DNA of 64,000 nucleotides from Trichonephila clavipes (Eukaryota): NCBI GenBank assembly GCA_019973935.1, contig BMAU01016994.1, positions 880,762 to 944,761 of the forward strand, read 5' to 3'. Shown piece by piece: positions 62,454 to 64,000 of this stretch (position 1 is its first letter; each line of letters starts with the position of its first letter). The notes under the pieces were generated by a model. It saw only the letters and a program-made list of their open reading frames with translations, ran no database searches and was not told where the DNA came from. The position numbers and the translations under genes were made by a program.

Positions 62454-64000
62454 GTATGGTTTTTCACTTAAAAATTAAGAATATTTATGTTTGAGGAATC
62501 TAAAATTTATATCCTTATACATTGAATAATTTCGTGCTGTGTATTTTGAAAAACCTTGTTCCAAAGCTTAATGCATGTTAATACATTTTATTTATGGACA
62601 TTGTGTAATTTTTTTTTTGTTTGATATTTTTATAAAAGGAAAAATTGAAATAATATTTATGAAAGAAAAAGTAAAACATTTTGTACTGTAAAAAATAGGC
62701 CATCAAAATTTTGTTTAATGTTTGAGTATTTGTAAAATTATAGAGGCAAAAACTTTTTTTCAAGAAAAAATTTTTAAAAACAATTTTATTTTACATATGA
62801 CAATTTTCATATTCTGTAATATTTTGTTGCACAATCATCTTTTAGAGAAATGAAATCCATTAAAAATATAATTTTTATTTTTATCTTCATGGATTATGTG
62901 ATGTTTTATGTAGTTTTTAATCGTGTTTGAATATTTAGTGCATTTTATTTTATTGCTGTAAAATTTAATGTGTAATGAATAAAACTGCATTAGATAATAT
63001 TTTTTGATAAAAAAAATTACTAATTGTGTATGTTTCATCTATCTATTTATATAATATACATGCTAGAAATAAGAGGGATAAATAAATTAAAATATTTATT
63101 TTAAAAAAAATTGTATTCTATGTAGAGAAAAAGTACAAGTCGGTAGTTAAAATTCACTTTCAAAGATTGAAGTAGAAATGTAGAGCAGCAGTTCTCTTAA
63201 ACTTACAACTGCGATGGATCCCCTTTATGTATCAGCCTGACATCATGGACCCCCCAAGATTTTGAATACCCCTCCTTGACTCCCAACACATGAATGAGTG
63301 ATTTAAAGGTTCCTCAATAATCCTAAAACTGCCTCTGCTACTTAAAGACTTTTTAACACTTGCTTTTTTCTTTTTAAGGCCAACGGCCATATTTTCAAAA
63401 ACTAGCTTTATCCAACAAATAGCATTGTTTGCAACTCAGATGACGTCAAAGGGATGATATTTGTAAAAAGATAACCCTTCGTTACTATAGCAACGGGGTG
63501 TGGTTAAGAAATGATTGACAGATATTGTAGGTTTCAGAACACATGCGCGGTTGCAGTAAAATAAACAAACTATTCGGGACAACAGGGTGCAGCGTTGGTT
63601 GAATGGGTAGTAAAGGGGGAAATTTTTTTGTATAAGTGCTGTCTTTTAGAATTGCCATGGAAATGGGTGCGCACACAATCTTTTTTTTTTTAAATCCGTG
63701 CAAATATTTTGGGATATCCACCAGTGAATGAACAAATACGTTTACATTTTCTTGGGTATCATAAACATTGCCCATAGGGTTAAGAATAAAGATTGAATTT
63801 AGACAGGAGTTTTAATTTTTGCAGGAAGGATTTGACAGACCTCCAGTTTTATTTTTGTAGAGATCTTTTTTATTTGTCTTAGCATATTTAATTCAATTTT
63901 TTTTGTTTGATAGGTATGTAATAAATTTCTTTCTGCTCATATCTTAGATACAAATTTTATTTGAAATTGCTGTGTAAGTATACTCATTAGGGAAATAATC

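Overview
This is AT-rich (about 70% A+T) eukaryotic DNA, most likely from an invertebrate metazoan. There is no prokaryotic gene organisation and no CRISPR, rRNA or genuine tRNA genes. Four host protein-coding loci are recognisable. (1) The 3' end of a multi-exon gene on + encoding PQQ/beta-propeller repeats, with exons at 52-177, 2625-2756 and 6599-6973. (2) A single-exon 910-aa ER membrane protein complex subunit 1 (EMC1) on - at 14095-16827. (3) A single-exon nascent-polypeptide-associated complex alpha subunit (NACA) on + at 17484-18140, transcribed divergently from EMC1 across a roughly 650-bp shared upstream region. (4) The first coding exon of major vault protein (MVP) on + at 62293-62453. 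The remaining ~45 kb is a transposable-element graveyard. It holds a structurally complete but frame-disrupted Ty3/gypsy LTR retrotransposon at 36576-43206 on - with 99.5%-identical 730-bp LTRs, a primer-binding site, a polypurine tract, gag with a CCHC knuckle, PR-RT-RNaseH-IN, and an extra upstream coiled-coil ORF built from 48-bp tandem repeats. It also holds a Merlin/IS1595-like DNA transposon with terminal inverted repeats (19810-21283), a piggyBac transposase remnant, a hAT (Charlie/ZBED5-like) transposase remnant, a maT/mariner (DD37D) fragment, a Tc1-like element, two LINE fragments (one inserted into a ~185-bp satellite array with a 9-bp target-site duplication), two hAT-type MITEs with 8-bp target-site duplications, another MITE, at least three SINE families with clear target-site duplications (several nested inside other TEs), a 4.7-kb element bounded by inverted subterminal repeats, and a (TA)n(TG)n microsatellite. 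No single 'novel system' stands out. The most interesting items are the young but disrupted gypsy element with an N-terminal repeat-containing coiled-coil ORF, the nested TE insertions with intact target-site duplications, the inverted-repeat-bounded 4.7-kb element, and the intronless divergent EMC1-NACA pair.
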